From positions 12,588,001-12,652,000 of the forward strand of contig CM075988.1 in the NCBI GenBank assembly GCA_038087875.1: a stretch of 64,000 bases of DNA. The letters run 5' to 3'. The notes beneath the pieces are model-generated. The model made no database searches, was not told the DNA's origin, and was given only the letters and a program-made list of their open reading frames with translations. Position numbers and translations under genes: made by a program. How positions within the stretch are numbered: position 1 is the first letter of the stretch; each line of letters opens with the position of its first letter. This document shows positions 34,960 to 48,439 of this stretch, piece after piece. This DNA is from Malacoraja senta. Its lineage: Eukaryota.

Positions 34960-35830
34960 TTTGGGGGGGGGGGGGGGTGGGACGGTGAAGAGCTGTAGGC
35001 AAGAAAAGACGAGGACCAAATAGGGCAGGGCAGTAGTTGGCTATGGAAGGTGCGATCTCAGGAGAAACAATGTGGAGAACTGTGGAATTGGTTAAACAAC
35101 TAAGGTGGATGAAGGGAACAAGGACAGAGGGGGGAGGGAAAGGAAGTGTAAGATGAAGTGACTTAAAATTAGAGAATTCAATGTTTATACCACTGGGTTG
35201 CAAGCTACCCGAGAGAAATACGAGGTGCTGATTCTCCAATTTGCGTGTGCCCTCACTCTGGCTATGGAGGAGACCCAAGACAGAAAGGTCGGTATGGGAA
35301 GGAAAGTTGAAATGGTTGGCAATCAGGAGATCCCATAGGCTTAGGTAGACTGAACGTAAGTGTTCAGCAAAACAGTCATCGAATCTACGTTAGGTCTTGC
35401 CAATGTACAAGACCCCACATCATGAACACTAGATGCAGTGGATGAGGTTGGAGGAGGTGCATGTGAACCTCTGCCTAGCCTGAAAGGACTGTCGGGATCC
35501 CTGGATGGATTCGAGGGAGGAGGTATTAAGGCAGGTGTTGCATCACCTGCAGTTGCAGCAGAATTTCCCTGGAGAGGCGGTGGTTTGGGTGGGAAGGGAT
35601 GAGTGAACCAATGAGTTATGGACGGAGCGGTCCCTGCAGAAGGTGAAAAGGAGTGGGGATGATGTGATTCGTGGTGGGATCACTTAGGAGGTGATGGAAA
35701 TGTTGGAGGATGATGCGTTGGATGCGGAAGCTAGTGGGGTGAAAGGTGAGGACTACAGGAACTCTGTCTTTGTTGTGTCTGTGGCAAGGGGGAGGAGAGC
35801 AGAAATTTGTGACTCAGAGGAGACAAGTGT
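34960..35830 (-). mobile_element. Penelope-like element 3' part with GIY-YIG endonuclease remnant
   Basis: Minus strand NLIHCI*CS*CGVLYIGKT*RRFDDCFAEH (~35360-35450) and GLLHSQSEGTRKLENQHLVFLSGSLQPSGINIEFSNFK (ORF 34925-35278). Confidence 0.85.
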
Positions 35831-36876
35831 GAGGGACTAATTTATGTCAGAATGAGGTGGGGGGGACCCACGAGTAATTTATTTAATTTACCTCAGTATT
35901 TTATTTTTCCTGAAATTTTCTTTATCACAATTCATTGATTTGAGACAAGAGACAATCGAGAACAAAGCGGTCTTCCATTACATTGCAAATGATTACCCGA
36001 CAGACAAAAAATTGGAGCAGACTATGTAACTTGTGAGTACTTTGGTAATGTTTCTGATGCTGCCTTTATCACAACTCCACACACTCATTGAGAAATAACT
36101 GAACGGTGATCAAAGCGTGAAATCCTGTTTGATTGTTTCTTGCCTCAAGGACAGCAGCCAGTTGTGTATCAAACTCCTTCAGCATCGAGGCCTGTTAGCT
36201 CAACATTAACTGGAAGATGGTTGTGCGGCCTTCTGTTCCATGCGGCTAATTGCAACATTCGTCAATAGAATTATATAATTAATATATTCCTGCTGTTCAT
36301 ATATCACACATTTGTTCTACATTATTCTCATTTGTTTGAAGATCTATATTCGCATATTCATGATCTGCAATGTAATTACTTAAGGCCCTTTAGGTTTTTG
36401 AATTACTGCCATTCACAGATTAGGCATTACGGTAGTTCAAAGAACACAGAAGGCTTCTGGAGTTTAATGCACACAGCATCATCCACCTCATGCTGCACAT
36501 GGAGAATCAATTTTCTTGAACTAAATAACAAAAAGAATAACAGTGCAAAGTAATAATCAAGAAAACATAAAAGTCACCAAACCTTTCTTCGTCTATGAAG
36601 CTGGCAGAATGTATGTTATGATTGTTTTCTGTTTTTAAACCTCTCCTTTAGTTCCCAAGTGTAAAATACACAGCATCCGTCCTCCTTTATGTGACAACTG
36701 TTTCAATATTTTTTTCTCTCTGTGGTATAACAAATAACTGTGATTGTATTATTGTCTGGTCTGGAGAACAGTCTTTTAAAATTGTATACATGAAATCTTC
36801 GCCACAACACATCTGCAAATAAATAGATTTATTTTTGGGGAATTAACTAACTGAGATTTACTGAATGGGCTTCTTA

Positions 36877-37456
36877 AGGGGCTGTCCCACTTGGGCGACC
36901 TAATTGGCGAGTTTAGAAGAGTTTAAAAATGTCATGTTGAAGACCTCCTTCGACTATGTAGAAGACCTCGTTCAACCTCCTTCGACTATGTTGAAGACTA
37001 GCTTCGACTAGCTACGACTAGCTACGACTAACTTCGGGAAAATAGGACACCGAATAGTGGAGAGTGAAGAGGACCTCCTTCGATCTCCATCAACCTCCCT
37101 TCGACTATGATGAAGACTATTTATGACTACCTTCGACTACCTTAGACTACCCTTGATTACCTACGACTACCATGCCAACCTATTACGACCTACTATGACC
37201 TACTATGACTAAACCTACCAGTAAAAAAGGTATCAATATTTTCCATGGCGACCTTTTTTTATTCGCGGGCATTTTTCAACATGTTGAAAAATACGCTGCG
37301 ACCTAGCTGAGGCCTCGAGTACACGGGGACTACTCTCGAGCATGAAGGAGAGTTACAAAGACCTCCTACGATCTCGTACCGACCATGCTGCGAGTATGAG
37401 TCGAGGGCAAACTCGCCAGAACTCGTGGATTAGGTCGCCCAAGTGGGACAGCCCCT
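36877..37456. mobile_element. PIF/Harbinger-type MITE
   Basis: TIR AGGGGCTGTCCCACTTGGGCGACCTAAT and its complement; TTA TSD at 36874-36876 and 37457-37459; interior built of CTTCGACTA-like repeats. Confidence 0.9.
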
Positions 37457-37974
37457 TTAAACAATTGGCTGATCTTTATGCTTTTCATAAAGTTAACATC
37501 AATATAGTTCTATTACATTATCTGTTGACCCATCTCCCTATTAAGAAATTTGTTGTCCTGATTTTTTATTGTGCCCATTTCTTTTAGTTCTGTGTGAGGT
37601 GTTTCATCGGTCGTTGTCTGTTCAGGAAGATAAATCAGTTTTCGGAACAATAATGGTAACTCGCTTGTGATTCTGAATGTCTTCCTCTTGGATGCTGATA
37701 AATCATGAACCTCAGCCTCAAACATCACATCTCCATTAACATGAGAGCACATAATTTACCTGGTTATCTTCATTTATTATTGAGTAAAGGCATTAAAAAA
37801 TCAAGACTTTGTGACAAGAATGTTAAGTGCATGAAATGCTCGAGCATAACTTGAGTTGTGGCTCCCATCTTGGCCATTGTCTTGGGTTGTAACCATGTGC
37901 GGCTAAACCTCCAAAATTTTGCGTTGCATTAAAAGGGAATCAATCGATGTACTAAGCTGTAGAAACAAACTTTA

Positions 37975-38400
37975 GGTGAACATTGAATTTTCCAATTTTA
38001 GTTAACTTTTAACTCTCCCCCTTACCCCCCTCCCCCCCTTTCACCACATACCTCCCCTTTATCTCCCTCACTCTAGCCCCCCCCCCCCAAGCTACTTTCC
38101 TCCCCCAGGATTCACTTCATAACTTTTCAAACCTCGCTGACACCTTCTGTTCTTATCTCTCGCATTTGTTCCAAACATCTGCCTATCAAAATCCTCCCTC
38201 GCCTATGTCCACACTTTGTCCTGTTTCTCTCCTTTTCCAGCTTTCATCTCCAACCCCACTACAATCAGTCTGAAGAAGGGTGTCCACCTGAAATATCTCA
38301 TGTCCATGTTCTCCAAAGATGCTGCCTGACGCGCTGAGTTACTCCAGCACTCTGTACCTATCTTTGGTGTAAACCAGCATCAGCAATTCCTTCCCACACA
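37975..38400 (+). mobile_element. Penelope-like 3' end
   Basis: VNIEFSNF-coding end, pyrimidine-rich UTR, CTGAAGAAGGG core at 38270, tail AAACCAGCATC. Confidence 0.8.
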
Positions 38401-38983
38401 AGACCTCTCTAACTTTCCAATACCTTTGGAAACAATTGACATTAATCTTATTTTATTCTCTCCACATTCACCTCAATGACCCAGATATTAAGGGAAATTT
38501 ACAGTGGCCAATTACCCATTCATCTTTGGGATCTGAGAGAAAATGAGAGCATTAGGAGGAAAGTCATATATCATGCCAGTAGCCACGTGCAAACTCCTGG
38601 CAGACAGCACCAGAGGCACAAAATTGTTGAGTAATTCAACGGGTGAGGCAGCATCTTTGCAGAACATGGATACATGTCATTTCGGGTTGGGTCCCTTCTT
38701 CAGATTGATTGTAGGGGAGGCGGGAAAGAAACCCAGAAGAGTGGAAGGTCAGGAATAGGTTGATGCAGGTGAGGAGTGTGTTTTGATGGCCAAATGGTTA
38801 GGCAAAGGCTAGAGATGAAAAGACAGAAGAGTTACAAATTGAAAAGTGAGAGAAAGGATGTTAGGAGAGGGGGAGGGAAGAGGGGGAAGCTGAGGGGACT
38901 TTTTAGGGAAGAAGGGAGAGTGGAAGGGCTATGTAGTTACCTAAAATTGTAGAATTCAATGTTCATACCATTGGGTTGTCAAG

Positions 38984-40434
38984 AGTGTTTTATTGTCATA
39001 TGTCCCGGACGGGACAATGAAATTCTTTCTTGCTGCAGCACAACAGAATATGTGAATCTGTAAACATTGTACATAACGGGGAAAAAAAAGAAAAAGTTCA
39101 ATAAATAACAAATATAGTGCAAATAACAAATAATAATTTAGTCTTTTACAGTTCAGAGCTCAGAGCTTATTCATTGTTGTGTTTAATAGCCTGATGGAAG
39201 GGAAGAAGCTGTTCCTGAACCTGGACGTTAAGGGGCTGTCCCACGGGCAGGCGTTTCCATGCGGCAAGTGCGACCTAACCGGAAGTGGGGGCCGTGCGGG
39301 GACCGCGCGGAGGTCGCGGGGCCGGTCCCACGTAGATCGGCGGAGCCGTATGGAGTTGGTCCCGACACCGCGCGGGGCTCCGAAAAACTGACAGTTCAAA
39401 AATACCACGCGGCAACGGCCTGCCGCCCCGCTGCCGCCTCGATGCCGCGTGCACCGCCTCGACGCCGCGCGCACTGCCTCGACGCCGCGCGAACCGTCTC
39501 GACGGAGTAGGCCTAGCGCATGGCGTTGCACGATGATGTCATCACCCGACGCTGCGCGACGTCCATTCGCAGTCGGCCCGTCTTTTACCGGGTCATATTA
39601 AAACCGCTTCCGGTTAGGTCGCGCTCGCCGCATGCATTTGGATGCTCGTGGGACAGGCCGTACGGTGATCACTCGGCCTCCGCGCGGCACCCGCTTCCGG
39701 TTAGGTTGCGCTTGCCGCATGCATTCGCATGCTCGTGGGACAGGCCGTACGGTGATCACTCGGCCCTCGCGCGGCAGCCGCGCGACCCCCGCTTCCGGTT
39801 AGGTCGTGCTTGCCGCATGGAGTCGCCTGCCCGTGGGACAGCCCCTGTACCTTCTTCCTGATGGCAATGGTGATATGAGTGTGTGGCCAGGATGGTGTGG
39901 GTCCTTGATGATTTTAGCTGCCTATTTGAGGCAGCGACTATGATAGATCCCTTCGACGGTGGGGAGGTCAAAGCCGGTGATGAACTGCGCAGTGGTCACA
40001 ACTTTTTGTAGTCTTTTTCGCTCCTGGACGTTCAAGTTGCCGAACCAGACCACGATTGCAACCAGTCAGAATGCTCTCTACTGTGCACCTGTAGAAGTTT
40101 AGGAGAATCCTCTTCGACATGCCGAATCTCCGTAATCTTCTCAGGAAGTAGTCGCTGATGTGCCTTCTTTACAATTGCATCTGTGTGCTGGGTCCAGGAA
40201 AGATCTTCTGATATATGCACACCCAGGAATTTGAAGTTATTGACCCTCCATCATCCCGTTGATATAAACATGATTGTGGGTCCTCATCCTTCCCCTACCA
40301 AAGTCCACAATCAGTTCCTTGGTCTTACTGATGTTGAAAGCCAGGTTGTTGTGCTGGCACCATTTGGTCAGTCGGTCGATCTCACTTCTATACTCTGACT
40401 CGTCCCCATCTGTGATTCGTCCAACCACAGTGGT
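38984..40434 (-). mobile_element. 5'-truncated Rex/Babar-type LINE
   Basis: VGRITDGDESEYRSEIDRLTKWCQHNNLAFNISKTKELIVDFG, HISEDLSWTQHTDAIVKKAHQR; 9-bp direct repeat GTTGTCAAG at 38975-38983 and 40435-40443. Confidence 0.9.
39231..39846. mobile_element. CpG-rich PIF/Harbinger-type MITE
   Basis: TIR AGGGGCTGTCCCACGGGCAGGCG, extending imperfectly to ~69 bp; TTA on the left; right subterminal segment present in three copies. Confidence 0.88.
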
Positions 40435-40969
40435 GTTGTCAAGCTACCCAAGTGGAATGTGATGTGTTGTTCCTCCAGTTTGCATGTACCAGAGAGCACC
40501 AGAGGTTAGGAATGAACCTGGGTCATTGGAGAAGTGTGACACAATGCAGGTGTCCCGCCATGCTGCCCTAACACTACCAGGTTCTGCTTACTCAGGAGCC
40601 ATTTTGTATGAAAATGCTTACTTAATATTAGTGTGGTGGGAGGACTGGAATCTGGTGTTAGATCAATGGAAGCGTGTATTTTTATCCCATTAAATGAGCC
40701 CTGTTTCAAGAGAGAATAAGCCATTGTGCTAGCTCACTGCACCTCATTCAAAGGGGCATCTAAATCTCACTACAACAATTCTTAGCAATCACTTCCGGTA
40801 TCCATTCCATCTTTCATTGCATTTCTTGAATAATAGTTATAGTGAAAAGGTTTCAAAACTACACCAGCTCACCTCACAATGGTTGCGAGAGTTGTGTTAC
40901 TTGAGAAGGGATAAATATGAAATCGTCTTTTTGATTCTATCCTCTATCAACAGACAAGTGCATCGAGTA

Positions 40970-41640
40970 AAACACAAATTGCTGCAGTAACTCAGGTAGT
41001 CAGGCGGCATCTGTGGAGATTGTGATTAGGTGAACTTTTGGTTTGGGACCAGTCTTCTGACATTGCAGTGGGAGAGAAAGCAGGACAAGAGGTGGGAGCA
41101 GAACAAAGTCTGGCAAGTGATAGGTGGATAGAGGTAAGGGGATAGACACAATATGTAACTCAGTAACTCAGCGAGACAGGCAGCATTTCTGGTTAGAAGG
41201 AATGGGTGATGTTTCATGTCGAGCCTTCTTCAGACAGGGGAGTGTCAGGGGAGAGGGAGTCACAGAGATATGGAAGGGTAAGGTGTGAAAATGAGACAGC
41301 AAAGGGGACGAAGCTCAAGCAAAATGTAGAATAGATCATTGTTAGCTAGGGGAAAAAAGCAACGAAGTAGACAAAGATAAAATTTAATCAGGAGGACAGT
41401 CAGGCTGGTCGGAGAACTAGTATGGGGGAGGGATGGAGAGGGAGGAAAGCACCGGTCAGTTCAAGTTAGAGAAGTCAATGTTCATACCACTGGTGTGTAA
41501 GCTGCCCAAGCGAAATATGAGGTGCTGTTCCTCCAATTTGCATTGGGCCTCACTCAGACAGTGGAGGAGGTCCAGGAGAAAAAGGTCAGTGTGGGTATGC
41601 GAGGGGGAGTTAAAGTGTTAGGGTAATGGGAGTTGTTTGG
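40970..41640 (-). mobile_element. Penelope-like 3' fragments
   Basis: Minus-strand LLHCLSEAQCKLEEQHLIFRLGSLHTSGMNIDFSN (~41460-41575) plus two terminal modules. Confidence 0.8.
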
Positions 41641-43369
41641 CATGGGCATTGACTGGACATTTGCTAGAGGTTAAAAGGGGACAAAAGGGTGTCAGATCAG
41701 GAGAGAAGAGGAATGAAATGCAAAGCCAGAGGGAGGGATTTAGGTGGAAGGAGCTGGTGGGTGAGGGGAAAGAGGATTGTATGGTGGGAGAAATGAATGT
41801 TGACCTGCCATACATCATTGGTTTGGCACGCATTTCCCAGTGCAGCACAATTTCGAGCTCGTCAACTATCAATTTGGCAATCGGTGCACCAACTCCATCC
41901 AAACCTCATCCTCCAACATTTATTGAGAAATTGGAAAAGACGAAGGACAATTTCACCCGCACTGCCATCTATCTGTGGTTGGTGTCCTACTTACACCACG
42001 TCATATAAAGCAATGTCCTGTACCTCACACAATCTCACTTAGAACCAGCAGGAATCAATTTGCACTTACTGGAGTTGTGGATGTGTGAAACTTAAAATTA
42101 TATGGTGATCCACACTCTCCAGCGAGTGGCTGGCATTGTAACTTGCCACATGCTGATGTGGAGGTCAGTGTGATCTACCTTTCCTTATTGAGTTTGTATT
42201 CCTGCGTGAAAGTACTTGGTAATATGAGATGACTTGTAAATTCTGGAAAAAAATAATCGTTGATTGCAAATCTCATTATATTCCAAAACTGCTGCAAATG
42301 TGTTGCAAAAGGGCTTCTAAATGGATAACAAAGCAGTGTGCAAGTAGAAAATGTACATCGAGCCTATAATTATCATAATAAGGACATATCCTTTAGAGCA
42401 AATTACTTACAATGCTATACAATGATAATGACTTTTTGGTAAATTTGATAATAAAACTGCTTATGAATGCACGATGGCCCATTTATGATTCGCTGTTGAT
42501 TGAAAAATTAAATTCACCAGTAATAATTGATGAAAATGGCTCCCTTTCCTTCCCAGCTGATTTAACTTTGTAATTTAATAATGTAAACATCATTTGTTTT
42601 ATTATTTGATAAATTGTAATCAGATTTTATCTGCACATTCATTGTTTGAATGGTTGCTTCAATGTGATAAGGTGGTCAAACCCATTCAGGATTTGAAGAG
42701 TTGGCTCTTAACGCTACCACTGAGTACTCATTGCTCGCTGAGCCATTTGTGTCTCTGACGATGCTTTGATTCTTCTGTTCTCTTCTCCCATATTCCTTTC
42801 TTCTCTCTGGTTGTAAACTAGAGTAATGGAGTTATGCAGATCAAAACCAGGCACTTCACACCACTCTGCCCACTCTTATACCCATCAATCGCAATCCCAT
42901 ATATCCTGGTAAAGGCAAGAGCCTCCCATAGTGAATAGTGCAATTGGACACAAAGGGCTGACGTAACTCAATGGGTCAGGCAGCATCCATGGAGAACATG
43001 GCCAGGTAATGCTTCAAATCGGGACCCTTCTTCAGATTGAGAATAGCAACTTGTGTTTTGCAAAGTTGCTGTAAATGGCAACCTACGAGAATTGGTGCAA
43101 CATTGTGGTGTTAAAATTGGGTGTGGATACGGTTAACAATAGTATAGGTGAGCTTTCTTGAGAAACTATCAGTGATGGATTGCTGGTGTCAAACTGTCAT
43201 TGGATACATCCTTTAGAATGAAGATGATCTTAGGTTGTTTCAGGTAACACATAATTGCATTTTTGTGAAAACATGATGCATGTATTTTTTTGAATATGCC
43301 ATCATTTCATGAGCTCACAAATACCTGCCACCACACTGCCTCCATCATGCCAGTATAATTGTCACTGCT

Positions 43370-44660
43370 TGATGGATGCTCAAACTTTAAGATGTTACAG
43401 GAATCAAGGGAGGAGATTGCTGGGTCCAACAGAACCTTTTAAATCTCCGCTGTTCAAAGCAAAGGCAACACATGACTGATGGACTGCACATATGGTTCCC
43501 AAATTCAAGAAATACAGCATGTTTAGGCCAATAATTATCGACGTGTGTGTCTAACGTCAGTGGTAGGGAAGTTGGTAGGAAGAAAATGAGGGAAAAGCTT
43601 AATCTGTACTTGGAAAGGCAGGGATTACTGAAAACCCGCCAACATGTTTGTTACATGAATATTCAGTCTGACTAAGTTGATTCATTTTTCTGAAGAGTTT
43701 ACAATATATTGATGATGAGGGCAGCACAGTTGTTGGCATCTACTTGGACTTCAGTCAGCTCTTTAAAAAGTTGCCACAGGGGATCAGTGCTGAAACCCAG
43801 TTTGTTGCATAAAATGATTATTTGCAAATTAATGTTCAGTGGTATCATTAGTAAGTTTGCAGAAAATTCAAATATGTTGTTGATAGTGAGCAGAATATTT
43901 GTAAACTATTGATTGGTTGGTAAAATGGGCAGAGCATTGGCAGATAGAATTTAATCCTGATAATTTATAAGTAGAAGGCAGTCTGGGAGGACCAATAAGG
44001 CGAAGAGGTGCCAGGGTAGAACATGGTCATAGGAAATACTGAGGAGAAAAGATAAGTTGGTGTACAAGTCTAAGGCACCTTGAGGTGGCAGCAAAGATAG
44101 ATAGTGACAAAGTCATATGGGCATTACTCAGGAGAAGAAATATAATTGCAGGGAGGACTTGATACAACTTTATAAAATATTGGATAGGCCATAGCTGGAA
44201 CATTTTGCTTATTGCTCATTCCCACACTATAGGAAGAGCAGAAATGCACTGGAGATGGTGAAGGGGATATTCACTGGGATGTTGGCAGAGTGTTTCAGGT
44301 GAGAGGAAGGACTGGGTAAGCTGGAGCATTTGCTTTGGAACAGAGAAAGCTGTGATGGGACGATAGAGGTATACACATGTTTACGGGACCTGGGTAAGGA
44401 ACCACGGCAGAGGTACCCAAAACAAGAGACCACATGTTTAGGATAAGGACCAGAGTGAATCTGAGGAAGAACTTTATTACCGAATCTGGAATACTCTGCC
44501 TGAGTGGATGACCCTAGCCAGGAACTTTCACAAATTTAGTGAGTATAATAAGTATATAGGGAAGCAATTGACTTACTAATGGATACAAAGCTAAAGACCA
44601 AGAGCTGGTAAATGGGACAGATAAGGACTTGATAGTTGGCATAGGCATCATAGATTGAAG
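43370..44660 (+). mobile_element. Old degraded CR1 LINE
   Basis: GTCTAACGTCAGTGGTAGGGAAG (LTSVVGK), YLDFS-like, ISKFA and WQIEFNP-like segments in CR1 order. Confidence 0.7.
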
Positions 44661-45417
44661 AGTGCAGGAAAGAACTGCAGATGCTGGTTTTAATCGATGG
44701 TAGCCACAAAATGCAGGACAGTCAGCATCTCTGGAGAGAAGGAATGGGTGACGTTTCGGGTCAAGACCCTTCTGAAGTGCCTGGTTTGCTGCTCTGTGAT
44801 TCTACAGTGACATTAATTTAAGTTTAATTAGGTATCGGGTGACAAGCTGATTTGATAATCACAATTGTTATATAGACAAACAAAATAAGCTCTATGCGGT
44901 GCAGGATTCTCTGAGAATGAACATTTTATTCTTTGAGGTAAAGAGCCAGTTTCAGGGCTATAGACTTGCAACAGCCTTGTAGAAAGGAAGACGTGAAGTG
45001 GAAAAAGACTGAGGTAGCAGGAGGGCTGTGGAGGTTAAGCATACCGAACCTCTGGCATATTTTTCTCAGATCTGACTTTTCAACATCAAATAAAATGTAC
45101 AAATGGTTTTTAAAGAATGCTGCATTCTGTAAAATTGTATCCAGTTTCACATTTAGATGTTAAGAGCGAAAAGGGCATTACATTAACGGATGCCGAATTT
45201 TTCAAAAGCCAATTGTAATTGGCATTTGATGTTAAAAAGTCAGCTCTGGGGAATATCTGTCAGAGTTTCTGATCACTTCCCCTTCACAGCCTTTATTCAC
45301 TTCTGCCACTTCAGTAGTTTTCTATTAAGCATCTTGTTTTAGCCAAATAAAACAGTACCAAGATGCTACAAAAGATCTGTGGAGATTTACCACAGCGAAT
45401 ATGAAAAGGGGATGATG

Positions 45418-45906
45418 AAAAGAAATTGCAGAGAATTGTGGACGCATCCCAGACCATCACGCAAACCAACAGCCCTTCCATTGACTTGATCTACACTTCA
45501 TGCTGCCTCGGCAAGGCCACCAGCATGGTCATGGACAAGTCTCACCCCAGACACTCCCTCTTCACTATTCTCCCATCAGGCAAAAAGTACAGATGTGCGA
45601 AAACACATACCTTCGGATTCAGGGACAGCTTCTTCCCAACTATTATCAGATAACTGAATCATCATATCACCAACTATAGTGCAGTCCTGAACAATCATCT
45701 CCCTCATTGGAGACCCTCGGGCTATCTTTAATCGGACTTTGCCGGACTTTATCTTGCACTGATTGTTATTGTCATTTCATGTATCTGTATACTCTGTGGA
45801 CGGCTCGATTGTAGTCATGTATAGTATTTCCACTGGCTGGATAGCACGCAACACAAGAAAACTTTTCACTGTACCTTGGTACATGTGACAATAAACCAAA
45901 CTAAAC
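45418..45906 (+). mobile_element. Rex/Babar-type LINE 3' fragment
   Basis: QRIVDASQTITQTNSPSID..YTSCCLGKA...SHPRHSLFTILPSGK; tail ACATGTGACAATAAACCAAACTAAAC. Confidence 0.85.
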
Positions 45907-46329
45907 AAAAAAAACTCCTTAGTCCTGACATCAATTATAGTAGTTAATAGTCTTCTCAGTTTTATCAAGCATGAGCCAATGAACAAATAAAGACCTTGAT
46001 TTAAGATGTGGCTTTCATGAGCTCAGAACATTGTACGTATTGGATCATAACCTAGGAAGTACTTTTCAAATGTATTTACTGTGGTAGTGCAAGCAAATTT
46101 ATATTGGACAATTTAAAAAATGTAAATTTTTAAATATGATTTTGAGATCAAATCTGGAAACTATTCAAAACCAGGGAAATTATTTTTCCTTTTACTTTTT
46201 GAAATTTGTCAACTTTACCTTTACTCTTATACCAAGAGTAAGCATAAATTCTCCAGAGTAATTTTTAATGTTGTTTGTAAGAAACGATTGAATAGATTGG
46301 TCATGTGCCATCTGAAGTTTAGAAAAGTG

Positions 46330-47900
46330 AGTTTATTTCAGTGAAAGGCCCGAGATGTCCTGCTGGAGTCAGGTATGGATGCAAAACATCTATTTCCCAG
46401 GAATAGTGATGTTCTCTTCTATACCTAATAAACATAAGAAGAATGCTTGGAACAAGATCACGGCTTAAGGACAGTCTTCATCAACCTGAATAAATGGGTT
46501 TGTGCTTGAGAAACTGTGGAAGGTGATGGAGAAATATGGTTGTCCCTCAAATGTCATCACTTCTGAGGATTTTGCAAAATCACATGACTGCTAGTGTTCT
46601 CCACATTGATTTGGAGATGATTCATTCATCAACTGAACTTGGGTGGAGTGAGAGTACTCTGGCAATCAATGTTAGTCCACCTTACCAGTGGTCAGCTTAC
46701 TCTGTGTCAAAGGATGCTCTTTAGCTGAAATTATTATTAGGTACATGAAGGTATTGAGGACTGCAATCGTGTTTCTATCGCTTTCTAAACCCCCGTTTCC
46801 ACTGTTTTTCAAACTGACCTCAAGTGTTAATTACTATTTCATGCTTGCAGTAACCTTGAATCTATGCAAGCTCCTGACCAAAGCCTTGCACAATTTGTTA
46901 TGCAATTATACAAATTGTTGGGGGGCAACTCCGTGAGTCAGGCAGCAGGATCTGGGGGTGGTTTCAAGTTGGGGGAGAAAGCTGCAAAAGAGAGGTGGGG
47001 TTGGGATAAATGTTGGCGAGTGATGGGTGGATACAGGTTGGGGGGGGTTGGAGTTTGATTGTCAGATTATGAAATTAGCGACAAAGGCTAGAGATGAAAA
47101 GGAGACAAAAAGGTGTCAGGTGAGGAGAGGAGTGAAATGTAAAGCTGGAGGGAGGATAGTGGGTGGGGCAGTGGGAATAGGAAAGAGGGGAAATAGTGAA
47201 ACAGGGGACTCAAGGGATATACAAAGGAGTAGAAAGGTCAGGGAATGGGAGATGGTTTAACCCGTCATTCAATATGACGAAGACCAAAATGTTTGACCAG
47301 ACCCTAAAAATGACCATCCATCATTTTCCATTAAGGAGTAGACCTTGGAGAGAGTCAAGCACTTTCCTTATCTCGGGAACTACCCTTCCCTAACAACAAA
47401 CATTGACTCAACACCAGTTCCACACTTGTAATATCTCCTTTTTGAAACTGCATTAGTGCAACTTCATTGGTAAACAATTAACGACAAAGAATTGGTTATG
47501 TTAGAGGGTTCAACTCCACTATCTCCACTGACCCTCATGAATAAGCATATTGGGCAAAAATACCTGGAGCTGTATCTTGAAAATGCTGTGCATTAGGTGG
47601 GAAGAGCATTGCACTAACATCTGTGTCCTTGCTAAGGCCGTTGCCATCAGAACTAAGACTCTACTCTGTGTGACTGTACAACTTCAGACTCCCAAAATGT
47701 TCTCAGCTGCATATGACCAGGTACCCTACAGCAAAGGGTACCCTGCACACACTGAAGATGTATCTCAAGAAGATAGAGGTACATCAGCAGGTTGGAAGAC
47801 CTCCATCAAGTGCCAGTCTGCCTTGAAGAGAAATTCTTTGTTCTGGAAGATCAAAAGAGAACATTTTGAAAGCCATATACAAACCAGACAGTTAGCAGCA
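46330..47900 (+). mobile_element. Old degraded RTE LINE interrupted by a Penelope fragment (~46910-47230)
   Basis: KYGCP (~46530) and LERVKHFPYLG (~47345) like segments. Confidence 0.55.
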
Positions 47901-48439
47901 AGTTCTTTGAATGGATCTGGGGTGTCAGCATTGATTTATGGATCCATCTCAGGAGGCAATGGGGAACTATTGCAGATATCATCCTCAGATCAAAAGATTA
48001 CCAGCAGAGGATTGTCAGGAAGAATCACACAACCTGAGAACAGTTTTCTTATTTTCTATGTACATTCTAAATAGTTGCTTGATTATTATGCAGATCATGC
48101 ACACACATTCCAATTGAGTGGTAATTTGTTTCCAGCTTGCTGGCTTTCTCCATTTAAAAAAATATGTTTTTAATCACACCTCCTCACTAGAAATGTATAC
48201 ATTTATTAATAACAGATTTATGGTTTAGAGTGCACAAAGCACAAGGGAAATCTTCCCTCTGTTTCATATTAATATATATTTCCTTTTGCAAATTTTGTTT
48301 GTACATTTTTGATAACCAAATATAAGTTTGATAACCATTTGGTCCATCAGATCCACTCTGCCGTACAATCATGGCTGACCTATCTTTCCCTCTCCATCCC
48401 ATTCTCCTGCCTTTTCCCCCATAACCCTTGACACCCATA

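Larger units (their letters stand above)
38615..40484 (-). mobile_element. Penelope-like 3' fragment split by a Rex-type insertion
   Basis: ...GAATTCAATGTTCATACCATTGGGTTGTC (to 38980) resumes as AAGCTACCCAAG...GTTCCTCCAGTTTGC at 40441; colinear with uninterrupted copies at ~35170-35245 and ~41470-41540. Confidence 0.8.

Noticed and set aside
39160..39971. CpG island or promoter and overlapping Arg/Ala-rich ORFs
   Set aside because: Fully explained by a young GC-rich MITE bounded by TIRs
47550..48074. 174-aa + strand ORF
   Set aside because: Overlaps a decayed RTE 3' region; no coherent domain or splice context
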